Source of the DNA: Candidatus Magasanikiibacteriota bacterium
GTDB lineage: Bacteria > Patescibacteriota > Patescibacteriia > Magasanikbacterales > UBA922
Reading direction: 5' to 3'
DNA: 64,000 nt
NCBI GenBank assembly: GCA_041674805.1
Contig: JBAYVA010000002.1
Coordinates: 83,234 to 147,233 of the forward strand
The position numbers and the translations under genes were made by a program. Below the pieces are notes generated by a model. The model saw nothing but the letters and a program-made list of their open reading frames with translations. It did no database searches and had not been told where the DNA came from. Shown here piece after piece: positions 57,101-64,000 of this stretch (its first letter is position 1; each line of letters starts with the position of its first letter).

Positions 57101-57431
57101 AATTCCAAAAACTGATACAACTACATCTGTAAAAGAAACTGGAAGTACTGGTACTACTACAAATACTAATAACAATAATTCTTCTAACAATACTGAAGAA
57201 GAAACAGTTATTGAAGAAGAAATTATAGAAGAAAGTACAATTGAGGAAGAAGATACTTCTTCTGAAGAAGAGTTTATTTTTGAAAATATCAAAGAAGAAA
57301 GTATTAAAGAAACACCAGTTGGAGAAGTAGAAGAACTACCAACTTGGATAAAAATCATCTTTGGTAGTGGTGCTTTAGCTGCTGTAGCTGGCGCTGGTCT
57401 TGCTATTAATAAAGTGAGAAAGAATATATAA
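54159..57431 (+). CDS. Giant surface protein B (1090 aa), tandem paralog of protein A with the same signal peptide, repeat modules, PKD domain, acidic stalk and ELPTW-TM-basic C-terminus
   Basis: MKNNFFAKLGNFFLVSAVLFNGFGVGLVSA. A repeated module is nearly identical to one in protein A (NIPIATQYIDLYTTSTLTINNAILQNLF...GISLTNNTDATVVTTT...LTGLKVG..IELTGDD). C-terminus EELPTWIKIIFGSGALAAVAGAGLAINKVRKNI. Confidence 0.7.
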   Translation: MKNNFFAKLGNFFLVSAVLFNGFGVGLVSAEYAEVVSPTFSLLVDNVKEGNLGETTTYNVGVKYNGPVLVSDYTVEVIFYSVLNDTFAEYGVDYEVPNSVPNLEDSSYFLTFTPATQNDELFVPVTVMGNDTINSFNVLFKYIIFTIKGINIDQPDQLFGLSIEDDDVPTIIEPIFTPATSVVYEGVATGANVTKLVNNNNTDLIYTIELTGDALLEQEFGLSVIDEQNISTPIMSNFFNLSVPRNSSSTFSVRTNGIYDNSSFDNVAKQTIWTVTNAFDESIFIDYDLSLSNINFTLDIKDEENDVGFINPASSVAEGISLNDSNSSLVYNNGTDNDVSLTFELSGTASSLTDYTVRTNELSSGSTWVVPKNSIKSFPVDILNVTGEKNLVFTITKIDLLNDNGTIKNGNITPILPNAQTHTLTILDNVVPPVNHAPVAIMQPILLGNVNVGSNSTPVSFSTTFSDPDSDVLTYSVELSNPVIATSQITAGELVLTGTSVGTTTVTMMATDPDGLSASTTFSLTVVENNNGGGNNSPTVNIPIATQYIDLYTTSTLTINNAILQNLFSDADVNDIVGISLTNNTDATVVTTTPGIEFSSLMLTGLKVGASVIELTGDDTHGGIVTSTFAVIVSDSTPIEGNNAPTLSTTTVFVDNEISLQETFGSNLHLYFEDVDAGDTLTFSATTTDASIVTSGIDALGQITLTPHNYGTVQVIVTATDNQGASVSDAFSLKVNTPPELTVNTLGNKQIDLKVSSSLLIDSNTIRGVFTDRDGEILTISVSDNSDNTVVTTTLGEDDSLTLLGLKVGTSTIEITADDGYEITSTTFLVTVVNSTSEETGNNGGNSGSSSGSSGGGGSALLSNTAPQAAITNGQEVTVEVNKEITFDASQSTDKENNIRFYFWNFGDDSDEVYYTVPTVKHTYTKISNYTLISKVRDAYGAESIAEVKVKVVAAKGSTNTGTTNNTSNTNTESETKNETTIPKTDTTTSVKETGSTGTTTNTNNNNSSNNTEEETVIEEEIIEESTIEEEDTSSEEEFIFENIKEESIKETPVGEVEELPTWIKIIFGSGALAAVAGAGLAINKVRKNI

Positions 57432-57452
57432 TTTCTTAATTGTGAAATTAAA

Positions 57453-57485
57453 AAACACTGTCCGTGATAGGACAGTGTTTTTGTT
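57453..57485. terminator. Bidirectional terminator between surface protein B and miaA
   Basis: ACACTGTCC-GTGATA-GGACAGTGT followed by TTTTT. Confidence 0.65.
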
Positions 57486-57494
57486 TTCTTAATT

Positions 57495-58445
57495 TTAATC
57501 TTTTAAAAATTTTGCTATCAATTTTTCTGCTTCATCTCTATTTTCTAGCCAGTTGATTCTTTGGTCACGCTTGAACCAAGTCATTTGTTTTTTGGCAAAA
57601 TGTTTGGTCTCTCTTTTCAGTTTTTTGATAGCATCTTCCAGGCTTTCTTTTCCTTCTAAATGATCACGAAATTGACGATAACCAATACCACTCATACTTG
57701 GTAAGTCCCAGCTGTATTTTTGTTTTTGTAGTTTTTTTATTTCTTCCAAAATTCCTTCTTGTATCATTTTGTCAACGCGATCCTCTATTCTTTGGTGAAT
57801 AATTTCTTTTTCTGCTTTGAGGCCAATTTGTAAAATATCAAAAAGTTGTTCGCCCATTTTTTGTTGAGTAGAAAATGGTTCACCGCTGAGGATACTGACT
57901 TCTAGAGCTCGGATAATTCTTCTTTTGTTGTTGATATCAATTATTTCGGCAGAAATAGGATCTACTTGTTTTAACCATTCGACTAGATCTTCAATACTTT
58001 TTTCTTCGAAACTTCTTCTTAGTTTTTTGTTGGGAGCAATTCTTGGCATCTTATAATTATCAACTAGTGATTGTATATACATACCAGTACCACCGACCAC
58101 AAAAGGAATTTTATTTTTCATGTGGATCATCTTGGCATACTTGATGGCTTGGTCGTGAAATTCGGCGGCAGTGAAATATTTGCCAGGATCAAGGAAATCT
58201 ACCAAATAATGTGGAACATCATCAACATAATAATTTTTTTTGAAACCCTCGCGTTTCCATTGACCGAGAGGTTTGGCTGTGCCTATGTCCATTTTTTTAT
58301 AAAGTTGTCTTGAATCTGCTGAAATTATTTCTCCTCCAAATTTTTTGGCCAAATGCAAACTCCAATCAGTTTTGCCACTGGCGGTAGGTCCCAAGATGAC
58401 AATTAGTTTGGGAAGTTGTGTGTTTTCTGTATGTTTGTTGGACAC
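57495..58445 (-). CDS. miaA: tRNA dimethylallyltransferase
   Basis: P-loop ILGPTASGKT and ISADSRQLYKKMDIGTAKP. Confidence 0.85.
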   Translation of the reverse strand: MSNKHTENTQLPKLIVILGPTASGKTDWSLHLAKKFGGEIISADSRQLYKKMDIGTAKPLGQWKREGFKKNYYVDDVPHYLVDFLDPGKYFTAAEFHDQAIKYAKMIHMKNKIPFVVGGTGMYIQSLVDNYKMPRIAPNKKLRRSFEEKSIEDLVEWLKQVDPISAEIIDINNKRRIIRALEVSILSGEPFSTQQKMGEQLFDILQIGLKAEKEIIHQRIEDRVDKMIQEGILEEIKKLQKQKYSWDLPSMSGIGYRQFRDHLEGKESLEDAIKKLKRETKHFAKKQMTWFKRDQRINWLENRDEAEKLIAKFLKD

Positions 58446-58473
58446 AAGATTGTAAGTTATTTATATATTGTTA

Positions 58474-59814
58474 TTATAGCATTTTCCCCCATAAAATCCA
58501 GTGTCCTGCTTCGGTGATGATTACTTTTACTATTTTACCAATCAAAGATTTGTCTCCTGGAAAATTGATGCGTTTCATTTCGCGAGAGTTGCCACCGCAC
58601 ATTCCGTTTTTGAAAGTGTCCACCAAGACAGATACTTCTTTGTTTAAGTATAATTGATTTTTGCGTAAAACGATATCTTCCATCAAATGTTGTAATTTAA
58701 ACCAACGTTTTTTCTTTTCATCTTGAGTAATATTGTCTGTGAAAGCTTTGTCAGCTGTCGTGCCAGAACGAGTAGAATATTTGGCAGTATAAGATATATC
58801 AAAATCACATTCTTGATAAAGTGAAATAGTTTCAGCAAAATCTTCGTCTGTCTCATCACAAAAACCAACAATAATATCTGTACCAATTGCAATGTCTGGT
58901 TTTTTTTCTCTGATTTTCTTTATTTTTTCTAAATACAATTCACGAGTGTGCTTGCGATTCATTTTTTTCAAAATCTTGCTACTGCCAGATTGCACTGGTA
59001 AATGTATAAAATTCAATTGTTTTGGCAGTGTCAAAGCATCAATTACTTCATCGTCCATGTGAATCGGATGTGGTGCTGTCCAGTGAATACGTTCTAGCCC
59101 CTCAATTTGATTTAGTTCCCATAGCAATTTGGCAAAATCATTTTGTGTATAAGGATTATTTGAACTGAATTTGTCGTCTTCTTTGGCAAGCCAATGATTG
59201 ACTATTTGTCCCAAGAGTGTGATTTCTAGACAGCCATAGTTTACTAGAGATTTTACTTCATCAAGAATATCTTTGAGTGGTCTGTTTACTTCCATACCTC
59301 GAGCATAAGGTACGACACAATAGGTACAGAACTGGTTACAACCTGTCTGAATGGTCACAAAAGCCTGGAATTTACTTTTGACGTGTGGTTTGACACTTAG
59401 ATAATCAAGTTCTAAATCTATTGGTCTAAGCTCTGGATTGAGTTCTGAGAGCCACTTTGGCATCATAATCACATCTTTAGTCGGGAAAAATAGATCTACG
59501 CCTTTCAATCTTTTGCGTAATGTGCCATCTTTGTCACGTCCTGGCATACAGCCTGTCACTGCGACGATTAAGTTTGGTTTAGTTTCTTTTAACTTTGCAA
59601 ATTCATGAGAAAAACTATAGATACGATCTTCAGCCGATTCGCGAATAGAGCAACTGTTCATGAGTATCACGTCAGCTTCTTCTGGCTTATCTGTTGATAT
59701 CATATTCATGGACTCAAAAATAGATTCAATACGCTCTGAATCATTTTTGTTCATTTGGCAACCGAATGTTATAATATGATAGTGGAATTTTTTGTTTTCT
59801 TGATGGTCTTTCAT
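58474..59814 (-). CDS. miaB: tRNA-i6A37 methylthiotransferase (radical-SAM MTTase)
   Basis: N-terminal MTTase Cys triad (FGCQMN...NSC...TGC) and the radical-SAM CNQFCTYC motif, plus a TRAM domain. Located adjacent to miaA. Confidence 0.8.
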   Translation of the reverse strand: MKDHQENKKFHYHIITFGCQMNKNDSERIESIFESMNMISTDKPEEADVILMNSCSIRESAEDRIYSFSHEFAKLKETKPNLIVAVTGCMPGRDKDGTLRKRLKGVDLFFPTKDVIMMPKWLSELNPELRPIDLELDYLSVKPHVKSKFQAFVTIQTGCNQFCTYCVVPYARGMEVNRPLKDILDEVKSLVNYGCLEITLLGQIVNHWLAKEDDKFSSNNPYTQNDFAKLLWELNQIEGLERIHWTAPHPIHMDDEVIDALTLPKQLNFIHLPVQSGSSKILKKMNRKHTRELYLEKIKKIREKKPDIAIGTDIIVGFCDETDEDFAETISLYQECDFDISYTAKYSTRSGTTADKAFTDNITQDEKKKRWFKLQHLMEDIVLRKNQLYLNKEVSVLVDTFKNGMCGGNSREMKRINFPGDKSLIGKIVKVIITEAGHWILWGKML

Positions 59815-59962
59815 AAAATTTTAACATTTATAACTTACAATAAGGAATGGGGAACGGGGAATGAGGAATGTTTATTAAAAAAATGATTAGTATAAATTCT
59901 TGTTAAGATTAGTGTTACAATTATAATGATTTTTTCAAAAAATGCAAGAGTTAGCAAAAAAT

Positions 59963-59995
59963 TGACATTGACAAAACGCGTTTTTTGTGCTATAA
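59963..59995 (+). promoter_or_regulatory. Near-consensus sigma70 promoter
   Basis: TTGACA - 17 nt - TATAAT upstream of the 60030 ORF. Confidence 0.55.
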
Positions 59996-60029
59996 TAAGT
60001 ACATAAATTAATATTTTTAATATAAAAAT

Positions 60030-60329
60030 ATGGAATCAGAAAGAAAAATACCTTTAGGTCATTCTGAATATAACATGCCTGCTGTTGGAATTTCTATGGG
60101 TAACTCAAGTAAAAAACCTGAATTTGTTAATACTAAAGTTGCAAGATCTTACGCTGAAAAAGTTCCTTCTCGTGATATACAAAAATCTCCATTAGAATCA
60201 TTAGAAACACAAACTATAAAACAAAAATCAGAAACACAAACTACAAAACAAAGAATTGAGGATCTTCGTAGTAGAATTTTGAAAACAAGAAGAGATTCAA
60301 ATACTCCCTCATCACTTTCAAAAGATTAA
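60030..60329 (+). CDS. Hypothetical charged protein (99 aa)
   Basis: ORF downstream of a strong promoter. Confidence 0.35.
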   Translation: MESERKIPLGHSEYNMPAVGISMGNSSKKPEFVNTKVARSYAEKVPSRDIQKSPLESLETQTIKQKSETQTTKQRIEDLRSRILKTRRDSNTPSSLSKD

Positions 60330-60365
60330 AAACAATATTTATCATCTTTATTTAATTCAAAATAT

Positions 60366-61412
60366 ATGAATTCAAGATCTCCAGAAGAGCGACATCCTCA
60401 AAAGGGTATAGAGGATTTTACAGGTTCTGGTTCTAATGTGAAAAAAGAATCTAACGTTGTGTCTGTTACTGAACAATTAGCTCAAAAGAAACGTGAAAAA
60501 TTTCTTGCAGGTTTTGCAGTTGGAAACAAGAGACAGATAAAAGATATGATAGCAAATAGAAAATCTGCTCCGGATAATGGTGGGTTGTCTGTTACTGAAC
60601 AATTAGCTCAAAAGAAAGGTGAAATTATTGAATCTAAAAAAGAATCAGAATTAAAATCAGATATTGATACTACAAAACCTATGAGAGATCGTAGTTTTTT
60701 GGCTGAAGCTAGATCAGCTGAAAGAAGAAGAGAAGAATATGTGGCTACAGGCAAAAGAAAACAACAAGAACAAGAAGAGGAAAAACTTGATTTAGAAGTT
60801 GCTTATAAAAATTTGGCTTCTGCTGTTGTTAAAGATGCTACAAAATTAGAGGAATATTTGGATAATGATGTTTTGAATAGACAATATTTTGCTAAAGATG
60901 GAGATATTCGTAGTGATAAAATTGCAGAAGTAAGATCTGGTTTTGTGGATAATGGAAAAGTTTCTGGAGATAAAATAGTTGTAAGAAATATAGATGAAGA
61001 AGCATTTTTGAGAGATTATAAAGAAACTGGAGTAATAAAACATTTTGAAGAAGAAAAAACACACACACCAGAAGAAACTGGAGTAATAAAACATTTTGAA
61101 GAAGAAAAAATAAAAACACCAGAAGAATTAAAAAGTGAATGTATCGTTATTATCAAAGAATTAAAAACTAATTATGGTGTAAATGTAAATGAAGATGGTA
61201 CTATTCCTGCTGGTTTCTTAGGAATGAATAGAAAAAAAGTTTTGAAGCTTGAAGAAACAGTTCCTATTTTTTCTGCAACAACTAAAGAGCTCGTTGATTT
61301 GAATACACAAATATATGCTGCATCTCACAATACTAATAATGTGCGTGTAAGTAGTAATGTTAAAAGAAATAATACTCCAAGAACAGGAGGCAATGTCTTG
61401 ACAGGTAATTAA
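60366..61412 (+). CDS. Hypothetical K/E-rich protein (348 aa) with two sets of internal tandem repeats
   Basis: LSVTEQLAQKK(R/G)E appears twice, and ETGVIKHFEEEK(T/I)(H/K)TPEE appears twice. These correspond to approximately 40-bp DNA direct repeats at about 60461/60585 and 61021/61076. Confidence 0.45.
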   Translation: MNSRSPEERHPQKGIEDFTGSGSNVKKESNVVSVTEQLAQKKREKFLAGFAVGNKRQIKDMIANRKSAPDNGGLSVTEQLAQKKGEIIESKKESELKSDIDTTKPMRDRSFLAEARSAERRREEYVATGKRKQQEQEEEKLDLEVAYKNLASAVVKDATKLEEYLDNDVLNRQYFAKDGDIRSDKIAEVRSGFVDNGKVSGDKIVVRNIDEEAFLRDYKETGVIKHFEEEKTHTPEETGVIKHFEEEKIKTPEELKSECIVIIKELKTNYGVNVNEDGTIPAGFLGMNRKKVLKLEETVPIFSATTKELVDLNTQIYAASHNTNNVRVSSNVKRNNTPRTGGNVLTGN

Positions 61413-61423
61413 TAATATTTTTT

Positions 61424-61630
61424 ATGGAAGATAACACACAAAAAACAAATCCAATTCCTGATTATACAAACATGACAGAACAAGAAAGAATGGACGCCGC
61501 TATGAAACAAGCTGGTATGGCTCCAGGTGATATTGGTAAGATGGTTGCCAAAAATATGGCTACCAATATGGCCAAGAGTACTGCTAAGAATTGGATTAGA
61601 ACTTTGCTTCATAGTATTTTTAAGTTTTAA
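61424..61630 (+). CDS. Hypothetical small protein (68 aa)
   Basis: ORF followed by a terminator at 61648-61679. Confidence 0.3.
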   Translation: MEDNTQKTNPIPDYTNMTEQERMDAAMKQAGMAPGDIGKMVAKNMATNMAKSTAKNWIRTLLHSIFKF

Positions 61631-61863
61631 ACATTTTTTTGTTGAAAGTGCTCCTTAGTTTTTAAGGAGTATTTTTTTGACATTGCAATAACACAAATAC
61701 TCACGAATATTCACAAATATTTTTTTTGGTTAGTTCTATTATCTCCATTTTATCTCTATTTATTATTAGATTTTATTAAAATATAAAAATATTCCGCCCA
61801 AGGCTGATCAGTCTTCGCTGAAAAAGTATTAAAACACTCTCGTTAAGTAAGTATTTCAAAATT

Positions 61864-62622
61864 ATGCTCGTTCGTCTCCAAAAACACATCGCAGATTTAG
61901 GAATTTGTTCTCGTCGTAAGGCTGAAGAACTTATTTTGGCTAAAAAAGTAAAAGTAAATGGAAAATTAATTACAGAAATGGGTGTAAAAGTGGATCCAGA
62001 AAAAGATAAAGTTGAAATCATAACAGACAAAAAAACAAAAACATTTGTAAAAAGAACTTTTGATAGTCCTGTTAATAATAATGGCAAAGTTTATATTATT
62101 TTGAACAAACCTGTTGGTTACATTACAAGTGCTTCTAGTGAACAAGGTGAATCAGTGTTGGATCTTTTGACTTCACAAAACTGTGTAATGAAAGGTGGAG
62201 AAGTGAAGGCTAGAGTTTATCCTGTTGGTCGTTTAGACAAAGATTCTGAAGGATTAGTACTTTTGACTAACGATGGTGATTTGACGAATGAACTTACTCA
62301 TCCTCGTTATGAACACGAAAAAGAATATGAAATTACTATTGATGGTTTTCTTACCAAAGATGCTGTGAAGATATTGACCAAGGGTATGCAAATAGGTGAT
62401 GATTATGTAAATGGTATACAGCTTGTGAAAGAATTCAAAAAAGGACGTACTTCTATTATTACAGCAATTTTAACAGAAGGTAAAAACAGACAAATTAGAA
62501 AGATGTTTGGTAGTATTGGTTACCGTGTAATGACCTTACGTCGTAGCCGTATAAATAAATTGAAATTGGGTGTATTGCCTGTGGGAAAGTGGAAATATAT
62601 AACTAAAGATAAAATTGTTTAA
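61864..62622 (+). CDS. rluB: rRNA pseudouridine synthase (RsuA/RluB family) with an N-terminal S4 domain
   Basis: S4 region GICSRRKAEELILAKKVKVNGK and catalytic VGRLDKDSEGLVLLTNDGDL. Confidence 0.8.
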   Translation: MLVRLQKHIADLGICSRRKAEELILAKKVKVNGKLITEMGVKVDPEKDKVEIITDKKTKTFVKRTFDSPVNNNGKVYIILNKPVGYITSASSEQGESVLDLLTSQNCVMKGGEVKARVYPVGRLDKDSEGLVLLTNDGDLTNELTHPRYEHEKEYEITIDGFLTKDAVKILTKGMQIGDDYVNGIQLVKEFKKGRTSIITAILTEGKNRQIRKMFGSIGYRVMTLRRSRINKLKLGVLPVGKWKYITKDKIV

Positions 62623-62694
62623 ATCATTTTTACTGGAGTATTTTAGATTTTGGTTTAGTATGATATACTAAAAGTATAATATTAATTTTTTTAT

Positions 62695-63756
62695 ATGATA
62701 AAAGGTACAGCAAATTTTAGTAAAATGAGATCAATATTTTTTTTCGGTCTTATTGGTATTTTGACTTTAGGAGTATTATATCTTTTTGCTCCATTTTTTT
62801 ATCCTATATTTTGGGCAGCCGTGCTCGCAGTAATTTTTTATCCACTTTATAAATGGTTTTTAAAATTATTTAAAAAAGAAGGAATAAGTGCTGGTGTTTC
62901 GGCAAGTATTGTTTTTTTGATGTTGATTTCGGTAGTTAGTATTTTATCTTTTTTATTGGTTAACCAATCAATATCTCTATATAATGATGTCTCAAGTAGT
63001 GGTGTGTTCCAAAATTCAACTAATAATTTTTCTTCTTGGCTAGAAAAAACTCCTTTGTCACCATATTTTACAGAACTAAAAAATAATTGGACTTCATATA
63101 TTAATGATTTCACTAAGAATCTTAGTGTTTGGATTGTTAATTTTGTAAAGGATGGTACTACTGTTTCTATAATATTTGTATTCAAAATTTTTATAATGTT
63201 TTATACTTTATATTATTTTTTTAAAGATGGTAAAAGATTATTGATTTGGTTAGAAAAAATATCACCTTTGGGGAATAAATATGAAGTAAGTCTTTATGAT
63301 AGATTCACTTCTACGGTGAGGGCTACTTTAAAAAGTACTTTATTTGTCGGTACTATACAAGGTACTTTGGGTGGTTTTATATTTTGGTTGACAGGTATAA
63401 AAGGAGCTTTTGTTTGGGGTGTAATCATGGTTATTATTGCTATTATACCTGCTGTGGGACCTTCTCTTGTCCTTGGAATTGCTGCTATTATAATGCTTGT
63501 GGTTGGAAATATTTGGCAAGCTATAGTTTTGGCTATTGCTACTGTAGTTATTAGTTTTGTTGATAATCTTATTCGTCCTGCTTTTATTGGCAAAGATATT
63601 CAAATGCATCCTTTATTAGTTTTCTTTAGTATTTTGGGTGGTTTGGCTTTGTTTGGGGCTTCTGGTTTTGTTATAGGTCCTGTGATTGCAGCTCTTTATC
63701 TTTCTGTTATTGCTATTTATGAAAGTTATTATAAGAAAGAGTTGAAAGATAATTAG
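62695..63756 (+). CDS. AI-2E-family (PerM/YdiK-like) transporter
   Basis: 8-TM protein with the typical AI-2E layout (FYPIFWAAVLAVIFYPLY...). 353 aa. Confidence 0.7.
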   Translation: MIKGTANFSKMRSIFFFGLIGILTLGVLYLFAPFFYPIFWAAVLAVIFYPLYKWFLKLFKKEGISAGVSASIVFLMLISVVSILSFLLVNQSISLYNDVSSSGVFQNSTNNFSSWLEKTPLSPYFTELKNNWTSYINDFTKNLSVWIVNFVKDGTTVSIIFVFKIFIMFYTLYYFFKDGKRLLIWLEKISPLGNKYEVSLYDRFTSTVRATLKSTLFVGTIQGTLGGFIFWLTGIKGAFVWGVIMVIIAIIPAVGPSLVLGIAAIIMLVVGNIWQAIVLAIATVVISFVDNLIRPAFIGKDIQMHPLLVFFSILGGLALFGASGFVIGPVIAALYLSVIAIYESYYKKELKDN

Positions 63757-63952
63757 TAAAGTAAAAAATAATAATATAAATAAAACGTTTTATTAAATAA
63801 TAGAACGTTTTTAATTACAAATTTCTAATGTCAAAACTTTTTGTAATTAATAATTTGAAATTGATTTGATATTTGGATTTTTTAATTTGAAGTTTGTTTC
63901 TTAGTAAGAAAATTTATATATTAAAAAATAGACTTAGTAGTCTATTTTTTGT

Positions 63953-64000
63953 ACCGCGGGCGGGACTTGAACCCGCACGACATTGCTGCCAAGGGATTTT
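63953..64000 (-). tRNA. Partial tRNA (3' portion; T-arm and acceptor 3' strand), truncated by the window end. Identity undetermined.
   Basis: Minus strand reads ...GCGGGTTCAAGTCCCGCCCGCGGTACA, a T-stem/loop with an acceptor arm. Confidence 0.5.

Noticed and set aside
59815-59880. A short GGAATG/GGGAACG triplet repeat (AAGGAATGGGGAACGGGGAATGAGGAATG), checked as a possible CRISPR or tandem array.
   Set aside because: It has only three short imperfect units, with no spacers and no repeat regularity. It is not a CRISPR array and probably belongs to the miaB promoter region. No CRISPR arrays were seen anywhere in the window.

Overview
This 64 kb window is low-GC (about 28-30% by eye), gene-dense and standard-code, and most likely comes from a small-genome Patescibacteria/CPR-type bacterium. 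The hallmarks are lamin-tail-domain (LTD) giant surface proteins, a membrane H+-pyrophosphatase, PBP1A, trigger factor and a minimal metabolism. The chromosomal replication origin lies in the window: rpmH-rnpA-yidD run one way and dnaA-dnaN the other, with DnaA boxes on both sides of dnaA. I call about 55 CDS, 12 tRNA genes or fragments and one aberrant tRNA-like element. The tRNAs are Pro-TGG, Phe-GAA, Ala-TGC, Cys-GCA, Arg-CCT, Ala-GGC, Gly-TCC, initiator Met-CAT, Gly-GCC and a partial one at the right edge. Housekeeping content includes polA, holA, rpsT, gatB, miaA/miaB, rluB, a thymidylate cluster (dCMP deaminase, dNMP-kinase-like, dut, thyA, folA, tmk), msrA/msrB, tspO and transaldolase. 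The points most worth a second look are these. (1) A sharply GC-rich (~50-58%) cassette of about 600 bp at 21.42-22.03 kb sits between tig and the H+-PPase gene. It has its own sigma70-like promoter, strong Shine-Dalgarno sites, a 45-aa single-TM peptide, a CxxC...CxxC zinc-ribbon mini-protein and an intrinsic terminator. (2) Two regulatory repeat families are shared between unrelated promoters. One is a 9-bp-periodic TGCTTAC iteron block upstream of the -35 of both tig and polA. The other is an ACGCGGA direct-repeat operator upstream of both tig and thyA. (3) One gene fuses a PRTase domain to a RibD-type deaminase domain. (4) Two tandem paralogous giant surface proteins (989 and 1090 aa) carry a conserved ~200-nt leader and an identical C-terminal ELPTW plus TM plus basic-tail sorting-like signal. 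(5) A tRNA-Arg, a tyrosine integrase and stress-repair cargo (msrAB, tspO) are bounded distally by tRNA-Ala plus an aberrant tRNA-like copy, which looks like a small integrated islet. (6) There is a GGDEF protein with a degenerate SGDEY motif. Everything rests on reading the sequence and the ORF translations by eye; no database search was run.
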